From Histomonas meleagridis 2922-C6/04-290x (taxonomy: Eukaryota > Protista > Parabasalia), in NCBI GenBank assembly GCA_020184695.1, contig JAANOX010000174.1, positions 1 through 31,074 of the forward strand: a stretch of 31,074 bases of DNA, in the 5' to 3' direction. This document shows positions 1-11,900 of this stretch, piece by piece. The position numbers and the translations under genes are program-made. How positions within the stretch are numbered: the first letter of the stretch is position 1; each line of letters opens with the position of its first letter. Below the pieces are notes generated by a model that was given only the letters and a program-made list of their open reading frames with translations, made no database searches and was not told where the DNA came from.

Positions 1-1690
1 TTGAAATGTCATTGTCACATTTTCCATTCAAGAATATATTCCCTGGCATATCTTTATGGATATACTGCGATGGATATATTTCAAACAGTAGTGATAAAGC
101 AAAGTATCATTGATATTTATGATTCGTTATCTCCATTTATAAAGAAAATGAAATATTTCGAAAAAGTTAATGAATGTGTGCCAGCTCCAACAAAACTGGA
201 TGCAATTCCACAATGCATTGTTTTACCCTGCAAAGGCCCGATTTTGATCTCATCATAATCAATTGAAACCACAAAGAACAGCGAAAATGAGTCTAAGTGG
301 AAGTACTTTCGTGTGTGGCTCCTTTATACTATCTGTTTGCGCTCTTATAAAGTATTTTTCGTCGTCTATATTTGATCGCAAAGCATTAAAACGAACATTA
401 GAGTGCTTTTTGGCGATTCACAAATAATAAGGAAAATATATAAGTATGGTAATTCTTTGCAAGACACATTTCCAAGTGTGTTAAAGCTGACATGTTTGTG
501 GCAAGTTCTCAAAGTTTGTGTTTTAATCATGTGTATTATTTAAAGATATGCCATCTGATCTTTCTTTTCTCTCTCTCTTCTGGTGTCTTATCCCGGAACG
601 GATCATTTGGAACCAAAGCTACAATGGCCCACAAAATATTCATTTGGAAATCAGATGCGGATAATCTAGAAGGAATTGTTCAATCTACATTAGAATTATT
701 AGATTCCTTTTATCCATTTTCTCTTTTAATCTTCTAATATGTAATTTCGTTTATGAATCATTTTTATTGTCAAAATGAAAGAAGCAAAATATTTATATAT
801 ATTTAAAAGCAACCCGGTAAAGAAGAAAATATTAAAACAAAGAAATATTTTATCATGGTATCTATCATCAATGGAATCACAAGAATCCATGAATTCAAGA
901 GAAGAAAAATTTGTATTTTAGTACATTCGTTTACCTGATTTCCTTTTTGAACCAAAACGGACTTTCAAAGAATGATTGGGAATTACATTAGGAGGTCAAT
1001 TGAAAGAAGGAGTTAATCCAAATGAAATCTCAAAATAATTCGAAATGATGAAATATAAAAGACTTCAAGATCATATCGCTGCGCATGATTTTGCAGTTTT
1101 AACTGTGACAATTGAACCATCACTTTATGAAAGATGTTCATTTATTAATGATGTTACATTGAGTGATTTTGGCAGCATTTTCATCTGGCTTAAATGTTTT
1201 AAATATTTACTTATGAGATGGCTCATAAATGTAGAAAACACATGTAAACATGCGGTTGCAGGTGGAAATGAAGAACTGTTTCATATGCGAGAAAATACTA
1301 TGTATTTAACAGAAATATCAGTGAATATAACTTAAATTTTTACTGATAATAAAGTGTTCGCAGAAAGGTTTCAACGATAGAATCTGGAATGAAGGGAAAA
1401 TCGTCGAATTCATATTCAAAACTCCGGTGGTCGCACTTTTACACTCCGTTAATTTCTGTATCTTCTGACATGATTTTGAACACAAACAAATACATTGTTC
1501 TACCACACCGAAAGGAATTAGGATCAGATGGACGTGAGCAGTTACAATTTTATTTTCTGTTTTCATTTGATTTAAAGAGAGCAGCGCTAATAAATCCATC
1601 ATGTGTGAGGAATTGAAGAAGAAGAGCGCAAGCGTCGATAGGAATCAAAAAGGAATGAAGGACTCGAGTCCTTCTCGCTAATGGCTAAAT
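1..1690 (+). pseudogene. Frameshifted, stop-interrupted remnant of a large hypothetical protein gene (identity unknown; enters from the left edge)
   Basis: Protein-like segments in alternating + frames (ORFs 1-258, 492-737, 1045-1335, 1389-1616) end in a charged stretch EEEERKRR*ESKRNEGLESFSLMAK* with an in-frame stop. No recognisable family motif. Confidence 0.3.
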
Positions 1691-2327
1691 GAAAATCTTC
1701 AAATGAATGAAACTTTTACTTAAACTCAGGTTATTCGAGAATAAATTTTGTCATTTGATTCTGTTTAATTTGGAGCTGATGTTTAAAAATCAATAGAGTT
1801 AAGTTATAACCAAAAATTTGTATAATACTGGAAGTGCAACTATCCATGGAGCAAACGATAGAAATTTCAGAATGACGACGTGGTTTTACGTTTTCATTAG
1901 CAAATATTAAGTTTTTGATCTTCTCTGAGCTTTTTGAGATAAATAATACAGTGCGATATAAGTGAGAATAAAGCGAGACCTTATGAAGAGGAGAGATTAA
2001 CATTGTAATGATTTTTATGATAGATCTAATCACAAAATCAAACTCAATAGAGAGAGAGTTTCATGATGAGCTGAGAGGTGCGGATCCCGAAATACTAAGC
2101 TTAATCGATATGAGTAAAAAGGATGATGTTACAACTGTAATGCTGATTATGCAAAAAGATTTGTATTGTTTCTACGAAATCGAACGTACAAAAAGCTAAT
2201 CACTCGAGTTTCTTTGTCGGATTCGAAAACATTTGATGTGGATTGCGATAATTTTCTTTATCTAACTTGATTCCAGATAAAATGCTGCTCAGAAAAACTA
2301 GAAAATAAAGTGCTAAGAGAAAGAGGT

Positions 2328-2341
2328 AGAGAGAGAGAGAG
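2328..2341 (+). repeat. (AG)7 microsatellite in a purine-rich tract
   Basis: agagagagagagag read directly. Confidence 0.8.
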
Positions 2342-2759
2342 GGAGTGTTTATGCTTGGAAGGATTGGAAGTGAAAATAGTTATTATAATGCACAACCAAC
2401 TAGGACCAGAAATCAGAATTAAAGTGTATTCATTTGACTTTTTCTTGAACGCTAAATTTTGTAATGTGTTTTCTCATTATATCATCTCAATTTTGTGTTT
2501 TACAACGGCTTCACATGTCTGGCCAAACTCGAACTTTTGAAGCTATCTGTTATGATAAACCATTCAATTCAAAATCTATTCGAAAAAGTGACAGATTTTG
2601 GAGATGAGCTTCCTGTTATCGTAAATTCGAATAACCACCTTTTGATAGCGAATTCTGAGCTCATGATAAGTTGTACGATTATGAGAATCTCAAGTAGGCT
2701 GGTTCGATACAATGAGAAACATCTCGGACAAATATGTTTTCTTCATATTCAGTGCATTA

Positions 2760-3526
2760 CTCATAATAATTAGTGAGCAATTTTTATTACGCATCATGAG
2801 TTAAATATTAAATTTTAATAATGAAATTAGAAATCATGAAAGCGTATGCGAAAATTTGTGTTTTTGATGAAAAATAATTGTGCAAATGTTACTGGGAAAA
2901 TTTGAAATATTTGAAATTTGAATCAATTCAATTATGAAAAATTCATTGCCATAAATTTATAGATAATACTTTCGATTGAGATATATTCATTGGTTTATCC
3001 ATATGGATGGATCAAAGTATGACACCGTAGTGAGAAGCTTCTCAGAAAGCTTTCTAAAAAAAATTGAATTGAATGCAATAATTTATTTATTCAAAAGGTC
3101 AATAATTACAAAATACCAAATAATTTATTAATTCTTTGCGGGTTGGCACTGCCAAAGAAGAGGTAGGTTTTCTGTTGATGGATCAAGTGCCGTAATCTCT
3201 GTGATTTTTGTTGTCTGTGAATTTTTCTTCTTCCTGTTCTTCGAAATTATTGTATGCTTTTATCAATTTTCTGTTGCTATGGTAATTTCCTTCAATTCTC
3301 TGATAAAGTATGTCTTTGATTTTAAGTATTTCGTCAATTGGTTTATTTTTTCTGAACTTTTGAAAATACGTTGCTTCTTTATTTTGGATGTTTTTGAAAT
3401 TGGAGTTATATAAATATATGCGATCTCCGTTTTTGATCCCATAAAATTGGAGGGAAAAAGCTTTGACACAAATTTGTCCATTAAAGATCCATTTATGTGA
3501 ATGATCAATTGAAAGTAGAGTATCAA
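2760..3526 (-). pseudogene. Possible degraded coding remnant
   Basis: ORF 3263-3526 (-) is K/I-rich and protein-like. Further protein-like segments continue downstream with stops and frameshifts; no motif recognised. Confidence 0.2.
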
Positions 3527-4988
3527 GATCCGCTACACTATCAGTTTCACGAAGTTCTATTACCTTTCATTAGTGATGAGATGGCTGCAATTGTAATGTG
3601 TATCATTGACATAGCAAAATAATGATGGCGTGTTTATTCATCACCAAAATTTAAAAGTTAATTTTCAAAAGGTGTTTGACAGGTTGTGACAAATATTTCT
3701 GATGAAGTTAAAATAATCTTTGTAAAACTTCAATTTCCCACTATAAATTGAATGGCTGTTCTTTTTGTGTGTTTTCACAGACATTTCTATGCTTTTCTAA
3801 CCGGTGTTGTTTCGACACCGTTGTGTTTTTCTGATGTGAAAGATAACTTTTCATTGTTTACACCGTTTATACCTTTCAAAAACGATCAGCCGCAGGAAGC
3901 GAGCTTTCATGGCCAACGATAATTGGACAAACTTTATCGGAAAAATAGAATTTCTTGAGATATACTACTGTGCTTCATGCATTAATGTTTCTTTGCTCTA
4001 GCTTATGTAAAATTTTACTTAAACATTAAAAAAAAATGTTCTGAATACACATTCTGAATAATTACCATCCTATAACTCGTTTTAATGTGGTTTTTCTGCT
4101 TGTAAAATAAAGTTTTGATTTTCTAATATGGAAATGATTAATGAGAAATATTACCGAAATTGGAAATTAAAAAAAATTGTTTTAATTATTTAAGATTATT
4201 GCAATCTTTCATTACCCTTATTGAATTTATTTAAGCAAGAAATTCGTATCATTAATTATCTTTACATTTTATGAAGAAACTCAGCGTACTGTTAACAAAC
4301 GTCCTCAGTTTGACGGTTATTGAACGATAAATAATTTGAGAAAAAACAAAAACAAAAATCAATTGAGTTTTCCTCAAATGTTCGTGTGATATCTATTTGA
4401 TAAAAAATGTTCATCTTCACATTTATGGTTTCTTGAATGAAGATTGACAGAATGTTATCACATGATCCATTTGTAAAATATTTCATATAAACATATTAAA
4501 TGTAATTATTAATGATGAATAAAATTGATATTAATACTTGGAAATAGAATATAATATGCTCTGCAAATATTTTGAAAAAGTTTTTCAATGTAATAACAAA
4601 TTTGAGTTTATTAAAATTTAATAAACTCATCATAGGTTCACCAAAAAGTTCAAAGGAAAACAATCAAATCTTTTAAGTTGAGTTAGAAAGTGTCAATATA
4701 AAATAATTTGTGTTACTTGATTCTGAAACTCAAGTGCATTACTTGCTTAAGAAATGACTAACGATTCAAATAAAAAATTGTATATAGTAAAGTGATAAAC
4801 ATAATTGCAGAATAGTTTCATTGATTGAAATCAATAAAAAAAATTTTTTGATTCAATTTCCAAATCATAATGAGTATGATGCCTTTTAGTTTACAAAAAA
4901 AAAAAGGTGTCGATTTTTAATGTTTGCTTATTGATACATTAAGTTGCACAATTTTTAATGTTAACGTTCCCAAGGGACTAATTTCGTT

Positions 4989-5816
4989 TTGGCTGATTTC
5001 GAAGAAGTAGCGAGACGCCATCAAGAAGAAAAAGATGCCCTTGAAAAGCAGATAGCACAAATGCTCGAAGGTGCAAAAACAAAAAATGAACGAAAAAGGC
5101 TAAATCAACAAGCAGAAAAAATGAGACGTGAATTGTTTGAAAAGCAACAAGAAGAGGCTGATGATCCGATATATGCCATTGCAGAACAAATTACACAATC
5201 TAACAACGAGCAAGCAAAGCCAGCCCCTCCACCCCCTAAACCCAAACCAGCAGCAAAGCCCAACAAAGATAAGAAACGCCAAAAGCGACCCCAAAAAGCC
5301 CAACAGCGATTAGCTCTTCAAAGCGAAATAGCCAATGCCGTCAACTCCACCAAAACGCAAAGTCAAGCAGAATATGAACAAGCCGAATTACAACTTTCCA
5401 AACTCCATCTTAAAATGCATCCCGTTATTGGAGATGGCAATTGTTTATACCGTTCAGTTGCTTATTGTCTTTCCCAATGTGGTCTCCATGAATATTCTGA
5501 TTCTTTATCATTCAAAATTCTCCGAAAAAAGGCCGCTGACGAACTCCGTGCGCATCCCAATGAGTATCAGTCCTTTGCTGGCTGCGAAACGTCCGAAGAA
5601 TTTGAAGTTTATTGCAATAAAGTCGAAAACACAGCCGAATGGGGTGGCGAACTCGAAGTCACTGCGCTCTCCAATGCACTCGATTACGCAATTGTGGTGC
5701 ATATGGTAGGGAAGGAACCGATAAAGCACGGAAACCAAGCGAACGCTATACAGCTCATGTTTCTAGCGCATTTTACTTCATCGGGCGGACACTATAATGC
5801 AGTGGTGAATGAATAA
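4989..5816 (+). CDS. OTU-domain deubiquitinase, OTUD6B/Otu2-like
   Basis: N-terminal coiled coil (RRHQEEKDALEKQI...KRLNQQAEKMRREL) typical of OTUD6B, catalytic GDGNCLYRSV, WGGELE and GGHYN motifs. The first codon is TTG, not ATG. Confidence 0.9.
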   Translation: MADFEEVARRHQEEKDALEKQIAQMLEGAKTKNERKRLNQQAEKMRRELFEKQQEEADDPIYAIAEQITQSNNEQAKPAPPPPKPKPAAKPNKDKKRQKRPQKAQQRLALQSEIANAVNSTKTQSQAEYEQAELQLSKLHLKMHPVIGDGNCLYRSVAYCLSQCGLHEYSDSLSFKILRKKAADELRAHPNEYQSFAGCETSEEFEVYCNKVENTAEWGGELEVTALSNALDYAIVVHMVGKEPIKHGNQANAIQLMFLAHFTSSGGHYNAVVNE

Positions 5817-6538
5817 ATAAAAGTAAAATATATCTTATAATAAATAAAAGAAAATTATATATGAAGCGCTTTATAAAATGAGAAAGTTGTTGAAATCTTT
5901 TAAGATATTTTTTTCTTGTGAAATTGTTTAATTTAAATAATGAAGAACCAAAAACATATTGAGTTGTTTCTTGAATGAGGATTTTTGGTTTGAATTACTT
6001 CATTCTTCTTATAAGAAGTTAATAATCTTGATTAAGTTCTGCATTAAATTATATATTAATTGTTTCATAAATTTTTAAAAATCTTAAAATCCCTAAAAAT
6101 CAATGGAAATATATAAAGGCACCATGAAAAACTGTCTACTTTCGTACAACCAAGAAGAATTGCTCTAAAAAAACGTGTAATGATCCTTCTAGAAGGTATT
6201 TTCTGCCTAATATGCAGAAGATTTTAACTTTTACAATTGCATCAAATTAGAAGTTGTCAAAAAAGATAAATTTTTTAAAAAGGCATTGTGATTGACATAC
6301 ATTGATATTATATCATATTTATTCTTTAAACTTGGTATGTATTTATATGCTTTTTTCTAGGATGAATAGAGCTTCTCTGAATGACTTTCTTATCGAGGTA
6401 AACAGTTTTTCACTATATATATAATGAAGGCACTAACAATATTTCCAAAATTATACAGTTTTTCACTGCGTCTATAATAATTTCATACCAATTTTATTTT
6501 ATTGCAATAAATATTTATATTCGAACTCTATTTCTCGT

Positions 6539-7519
6539 TTATTCAATTATTTTATAAAATAAATCCATTGAGAATCCATCAGGAAAGTTCTTTCCTTTCG
6601 ATCGATGATGCGGCCCATCCAATTCGTTCTTATCCAAGTGCACAACGTCTAATTCATCTTCTTTTCTTAGCTTATGTAACCCGCACAGTAAAAAGTCAGT
6701 ATGCAATTGACATCTTACACATGCGTCTTCAGATTTTTCATCGAAAAGTTCAATAACGAATTCCCCTTTGATGGTAATTTCTTCATTACTAAGGTCTAAA
6801 GAATTACCATCGAAAAGTTTTGTGTATATACTTTTATCAATATATGGAATACCTTCGATTAGTGAGAAATTTATCTCGCGGCCAATTCCAGGTGAAAATA
6901 TAATTTTCATTGGTCGGATTAAATGATGGGTTGGAGACCCATTAATGCATTGGTGTTCATAATAATGTAAAAATCGAATTTGTGATGGAATCGTAATGCA
7001 CATATTCTTTGGTGATCGAGACGAATCAACTTTTCGTATGGATTCTTGGGCTGTAAGTGAACCCGTATGGATTTGATAAGCGCAATAAACAGTTCCAGAT
7101 CTACCACGACCTGCTTTACAGTGTATAAAAATTGTGCATTGTGGATCTGATTTTAAAACATTGGCAATTGCTTGACTTACAGTTTCAAAATATGATATGC
7201 GTGGTGAACAATGATCGGGAAATGGAAGAAATGTAACTTTATTGTGGAATATTGATTTATCATAATTGTCTTCATGAACATTAATTATATGATAATGTGT
7301 ACCATGTTTCTCTTCAATAAAGTCATGTATAATCCAAATGTCATTTCGCTTGATTATATCTTTAGCAGAAGGTTGGCACATCAATGCAAAATTAGGTTGT
7401 ATATAACTTAAATTTAGGAGAATTCCATTCCAGTTTGTAAATTTTACAAGAGAATCGGATTCTAGCTTTTTTTTATTAAACTCATCTAAATTTTTTATCC
7501 CATACTTCTCTGCAAACAT
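6539..7519 (-). CDS. PTEN-like (tensin-type) lipid/protein phosphatase with a C2-like C-terminal region
   Basis: P-loop HCKAGRGRSG (PTEN HCKAGKGRTG), FPDH WPD-loop equivalent and TI-loop ITIPSQIRF; 326 aa. Confidence 0.88.
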   Translation of the reverse strand: MFAEKYGIKNLDEFNKKKLESDSLVKFTNWNGILLNLSYIQPNFALMCQPSAKDIIKRNDIWIIHDFIEEKHGTHYHIINVHEDNYDKSIFHNKVTFLPFPDHCSPRISYFETVSQAIANVLKSDPQCTIFIHCKAGRGRSGTVYCAYQIHTGSLTAQESIRKVDSSRSPKNMCITIPSQIRFLHYYEHQCINGSPTHHLIRPMKIIFSPGIGREINFSLIEGIPYIDKSIYTKLFDGNSLDLSNEEITIKGEFVIELFDEKSEDACVRCQLHTDFLLCGLHKLRKEDELDVVHLDKNELDGPHHRSKGKNFPDGFSMDLFYKIIE

Positions 7520-7721
7520 TGGAGAGAAATGCTATATGAAATTTCTAAAAAAGTGGCGGAATGGAACAGATCCCGATTTAAAAAGTGGATAAATCTCTCA
7601 AAAAGTGGCATCGAGAAACCGATAATGAATTATGAAATTTACACTAGTCACTTTTGACGATACTTTAGCACAGATGATCCAAATGAGATAATGTTCAATA
7701 TGTGAATTTACAAAATTTGTT

Positions 7722-8888
7722 TTAGTTGTTTTGGCTTTTACTCATGTTGTTTGCATATTTTGCTGCACCTGTAACAAATACCGACTCAGGATTAACATTG
7801 CAAAAAATCTTTTCGCCAAAGAAACCTTGTAATATTTCTTTTACAATTGGAATATTCGATGAACCTCCTGCAAGTATTACATCGTCAATATCTGCTTTTA
7901 TCATATCGGCTTTCTTGAGAACATCTTTGATTGGTCTTAATATATTTAGGAAAATTTTAGAATTAATATTTTCGAATTTTATCCGATCAATCCTCTGTAA
8001 AAAATTGGTGTCGTTATATAATGCTGGAATAGATATCATCGCTTTTTTAAGTTTTGACAGAATAACTTTTAGTTTAGATGATTGTCTCTCTAGTATACAC
8101 ATTGAACGCCTGTTATTACGAATGTCCAATCCGAATCTATCCTGGATACAATCTAATAAGTATTCCACGATGTTATCAGTTAAGGATTGACAACCAATAC
8201 TAACATCTTCAACAGCAGCGCAAATTTTGATTTTATTTTGTTTAACTTTAAGAATTGAAACTTTGAGTGTATTACCAAAATCAAATAATAGAACATTTTT
8301 TTTGTTTTCTAAAGTATCTATGGGATAATATGCAATTGCAGCTGCTATTGGTTCATCTATAATACTTACAAAATCAAGACCAGCTATTTTTGCTGCTTCT
8401 TTAATGGATTCACGTTGAATAGAATTAAAAGAAAAAGGAACAGTTATGACAGCACCCATTACAGTATCCGCTAAATATTCTTCAACAAGCACTTTTAAAT
8501 ACTTTATAAGGAATGACGAAATATCAATTGGAGAGTAAAACTTTTTTTTATGATCAAGCTCGATTTCAATCAAAGGAGTATTTTCGGCACTACGAATAAC
8601 TTTAAATGGCCATTTGTTAATATGATCTTGAATTACAGGATCATCAAACTTACGCCCAATCATAATTTGAAAATCGTATACAGTTGACTCTGGGTTGAGT
8701 AGTAAGAAATCTTCAGCGCATACACCAATAAGTATTTCATTTTCATTTGAAAATGAGACCATAGCTGAAATAGTTGGACTACCTGAATAGTCATTAATGA
8801 CCTCTATCTCACCATTTCGCGTAATTCCGACGCAGCAATATTTTGATCCTAAGTCAATAGCTATTACTTTCTTTTTACTCCTTTTCAT
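7722..8888 (-). CDS. Hsp70/DnaK-family protein, nucleotide-binding domain only, with degenerate ATPase motifs
   Basis: IDLGSKYCCVG, AVITVPFSFNSIQR, IIDEPIAAAIAY, VILAGGSSNIP and NPESVFVTGAA. The ORF ends at 388 aa with no substrate-binding domain. Confidence 0.88.
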   Translation of the reverse strand: MKRSKKKVIAIDLGSKYCCVGITRNGEIEVINDYSGSPTISAMVSFSNENEILIGVCAEDFLLLNPESTVYDFQIMIGRKFDDPVIQDHINKWPFKVIRSAENTPLIEIELDHKKKFYSPIDISSFLIKYLKVLVEEYLADTVMGAVITVPFSFNSIQRESIKEAAKIAGLDFVSIIDEPIAAAIAYYPIDTLENKKNVLLFDFGNTLKVSILKVKQNKIKICAAVEDVSIGCQSLTDNIVEYLLDCIQDRFGLDIRNNRRSMCILERQSSKLKVILSKLKKAMISIPALYNDTNFLQRIDRIKFENINSKIFLNILRPIKDVLKKADMIKADIDDVILAGGSSNIPIVKEILQGFFGEKIFCNVNPESVFVTGAAKYANNMSKSQNN

Positions 8889-8946
8889 TTTGTAAAAAAT
8901 GCCAAAAATTTCAATTCAAAATTATTTTCACTATAAACTCGTTTAT

Positions 8947-11900
8947 TTAACACTTAAAATCTGTATTTGAATTAATTTCCAACATATCTTGAAATGATTT
9001 ATACAAATTTTCTACCGAAGCAATTGATTTCTTTAAGATTTCTTGTATTTCATATTTATATTCCACAGGTTTATTTGATCTAATTTGTGGGAAAAACAAC
9101 AAAAAACTTTTAGACATTTGTTTTTTGTTTAAGAATTCCTCAATAAATCTCATGTACGACTCATTAAAACTTATGTGTTGCAGTACAGAAATTGGTATTT
9201 TCATATTATATGGGTTATATAATATTAAGTTTAATACGAAATAAATAATTAAAGAACTTTCCGATTCGATATTTGATGTTTTTAATATTAATTTCATTAC
9301 TTTTAATGAGATATCATAAAACTCATTAACAACATCAGTTGATATACCAAACGAAAACATTTTCGTATGTTTAAATGCATCCATTAATTCTTGGAAAGTT
9401 ATTAAATGTACATTTTCGACAAGATTTTCAGGAATATCATTCACACAAACGAAAATATTATCGAACAAAATCTGGAAGAATTTATAAGTATTAATTTCAT
9501 CGGAAATAGTTTCATATACAGAGTTAAAGAATTTTCGAATAAATTTCGAAGGATTAACTCCGAATTTATATGAAGCGAATTTAAAAAACCACAAAAACTT
9601 ATTAAACCAATTTAAATTTGAAGAAAAAATATAAACTAAAAAATCATATATTATAACATTATTTGGATACTTAAATATTAAGAAGATACACCAAGGCAAA
9701 CAAAATCGATTATTAATTAAAATATTCGACTTTGATTTAAGGTCATATAAAAATTCGATTAAAAATTCGTCGTCAAAGAATTGTGTACATAAAAGTAATA
9801 TTGTTAAATGGAATATATAATTATCAGCTAATGAAATGAATTTACTTTTTACATGTTTAAATATGATACAAGTAAAATCATTTTTACAAAAGTCGAAATT
9901 TTTTGGTTCATTTGTTTTCACAAAGAATATATAAAATAATTCATTTAAATGTTTCCCAAGTAATTCGATAATAATATCAGCTTCTGGTTGACAAAACAAA
10001 GTAAAACCTAACTCGATAATTAATTCATCATTATTTACTTTAATGAAATTAATTAAATCATTAATTAAATTCTCATTTGATGTTTGAGTAAATGAAATTC
10101 TAAATAATGTCCATAAAATATTTCGATTACTTTTAATTTCATTTGGTATTAATCCTAATATTTCTTTAGTTAATGATTCTGTTACATATTGAATACCTGA
10201 AGTAATAATATTATATCCATAATTATTAATTAAACATTGATATAATTCATAATTTACTTTACGCCAAAAACTTAATTTTAATATGAAATCAATTAAGAAA
10301 ACTGATTTATATTGTTCGCCTTGTAATATATTAAATAATTCTAACATTGGTTCAATAATACTTTTATCATAAGCTTTAGGATCAATATTTCTCATCGTAT
10401 TAACATAAAAATTCATCGAATTTGTCGTGAAAATCTTCTTCTCGAATTTCGGTTGAATTTTTATAATCTTCTTAAATAAATCAAATACAAATATAAATGA
10501 ATTTGGGTTTTTGACATGTTCTATTAATTTAAGTAAACCACTTTGTTCGACTAAAGTTTGGAATACATTAATAGCACTTGAACAGATATAACCTTTTACA
10601 TGTATTACATTATTATTAGTTGATTGCGTAGCCATATTAGTTAAATATTGATCATTATGTTCTAAAGGAATCATCTTAAATTCAAGTTGTGCTTCATCAC
10701 CAAAATTCATTGATAATGTTAATCGTGCTTCGATACAAGATATAGCTAATAAATCTTGTCCTAATATATTATGTCTAAAGATATATATAGAACAAATCAT
10801 TCCATTTAAGTTACTACCAAATATAGTATTGATCGGTTGATCTTTAGGAAACTCTAATGATATATTAGCTTCTAAATATTTAACACCACCAATAGCTAAT
10901 ATTAATCTTTTATTAGCTACTGATAATGCTAAATAATACCATTTTTGTGGTAATATTTTTTCTTTAGATTCAGTAATTATTTGATTATTTATAATGATTT
11001 GTAATATCCCATTATTAACCTTTAAAATAAATCGATGATTATTATCAGAATAAAATTCAAATAAACATTGTTGTGAATGTACAAATGAATCAATACAAAA
11101 TGATATTGTTATTGTATAACGATTATTTAATAATGTAGTGGAAATACCAGTGACTGTAATACCTGAATTTTCTTTACTTAAAAAGATAAAAGCTTTAGGG
11201 AATTCATATGATTCTCGTGTTACAACATTAGTTAATATCATTTGTACTTGTTCATTCGATTGACTTTCTAATAACTCATCAAATATAAATGAAGGAAAAT
11301 TCCATTGTAACATTGGACTTAAGATACTAATAAATGATGATGTAATTGATGATAAATTATTTCCGATAATATATTGATAAGCAAAATGATAAAATTGTGA
11401 ATGATATATACTCAATTGATTCTCAAATAATTCTTTTATACTATTTGTTAAATATTTATATAAGATTTTATGGAATTTATCTTTCCGTGTAATATAATGT
11501 GCAGCACAAATTCCTTCACAATTAGTGATTAAATGATGAGCACTCGGTAAATCATCATAATTAATTAATATCTCTCGATTAAATATTAAATATGTAATTG
11601 AACGTATTAAATCAGGTGTAATTTTAATGTTCTCATAACTTTCGAAATTAGTTTGATAAAAGTTTATGGAAATTAATTTCTTTTGGATCTCTGGAAATGT
11701 CGATATTGTACCTATCATATGAATTACACTAAAAACTATATCTTCTTTTTGTGGATCTTTTAATATTTCGAGTAATTTATCAATATGATTTGAATTTAAT
11801 AAAAGATTATTAATATCAACATTTTTGTTATCAATAATTTCATCAAATATTAATTGTAATTGTTTAGTAACTTTTATCCATTTAGGATTTCCACTTTTAA

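Noticed and set aside
1045-1616. CACTA-like transposase reading of HIAAHDF
   Set aside because: It is a single weak motif with no supporting catalytic residues or terminal repeats.
4977-4991. Intron branch-point-like ACTAAT before the OTU gene
   Set aside because: There is no ACTAAC-N-AG 3' splice motif and no matching GT donor that would supply an ATG.
7084-7122. PTEN P-loop variant HCKAGRGR
   Set aside because: It is a conservative K-to-R change with the catalytic Cys and Arg intact; ordinary.
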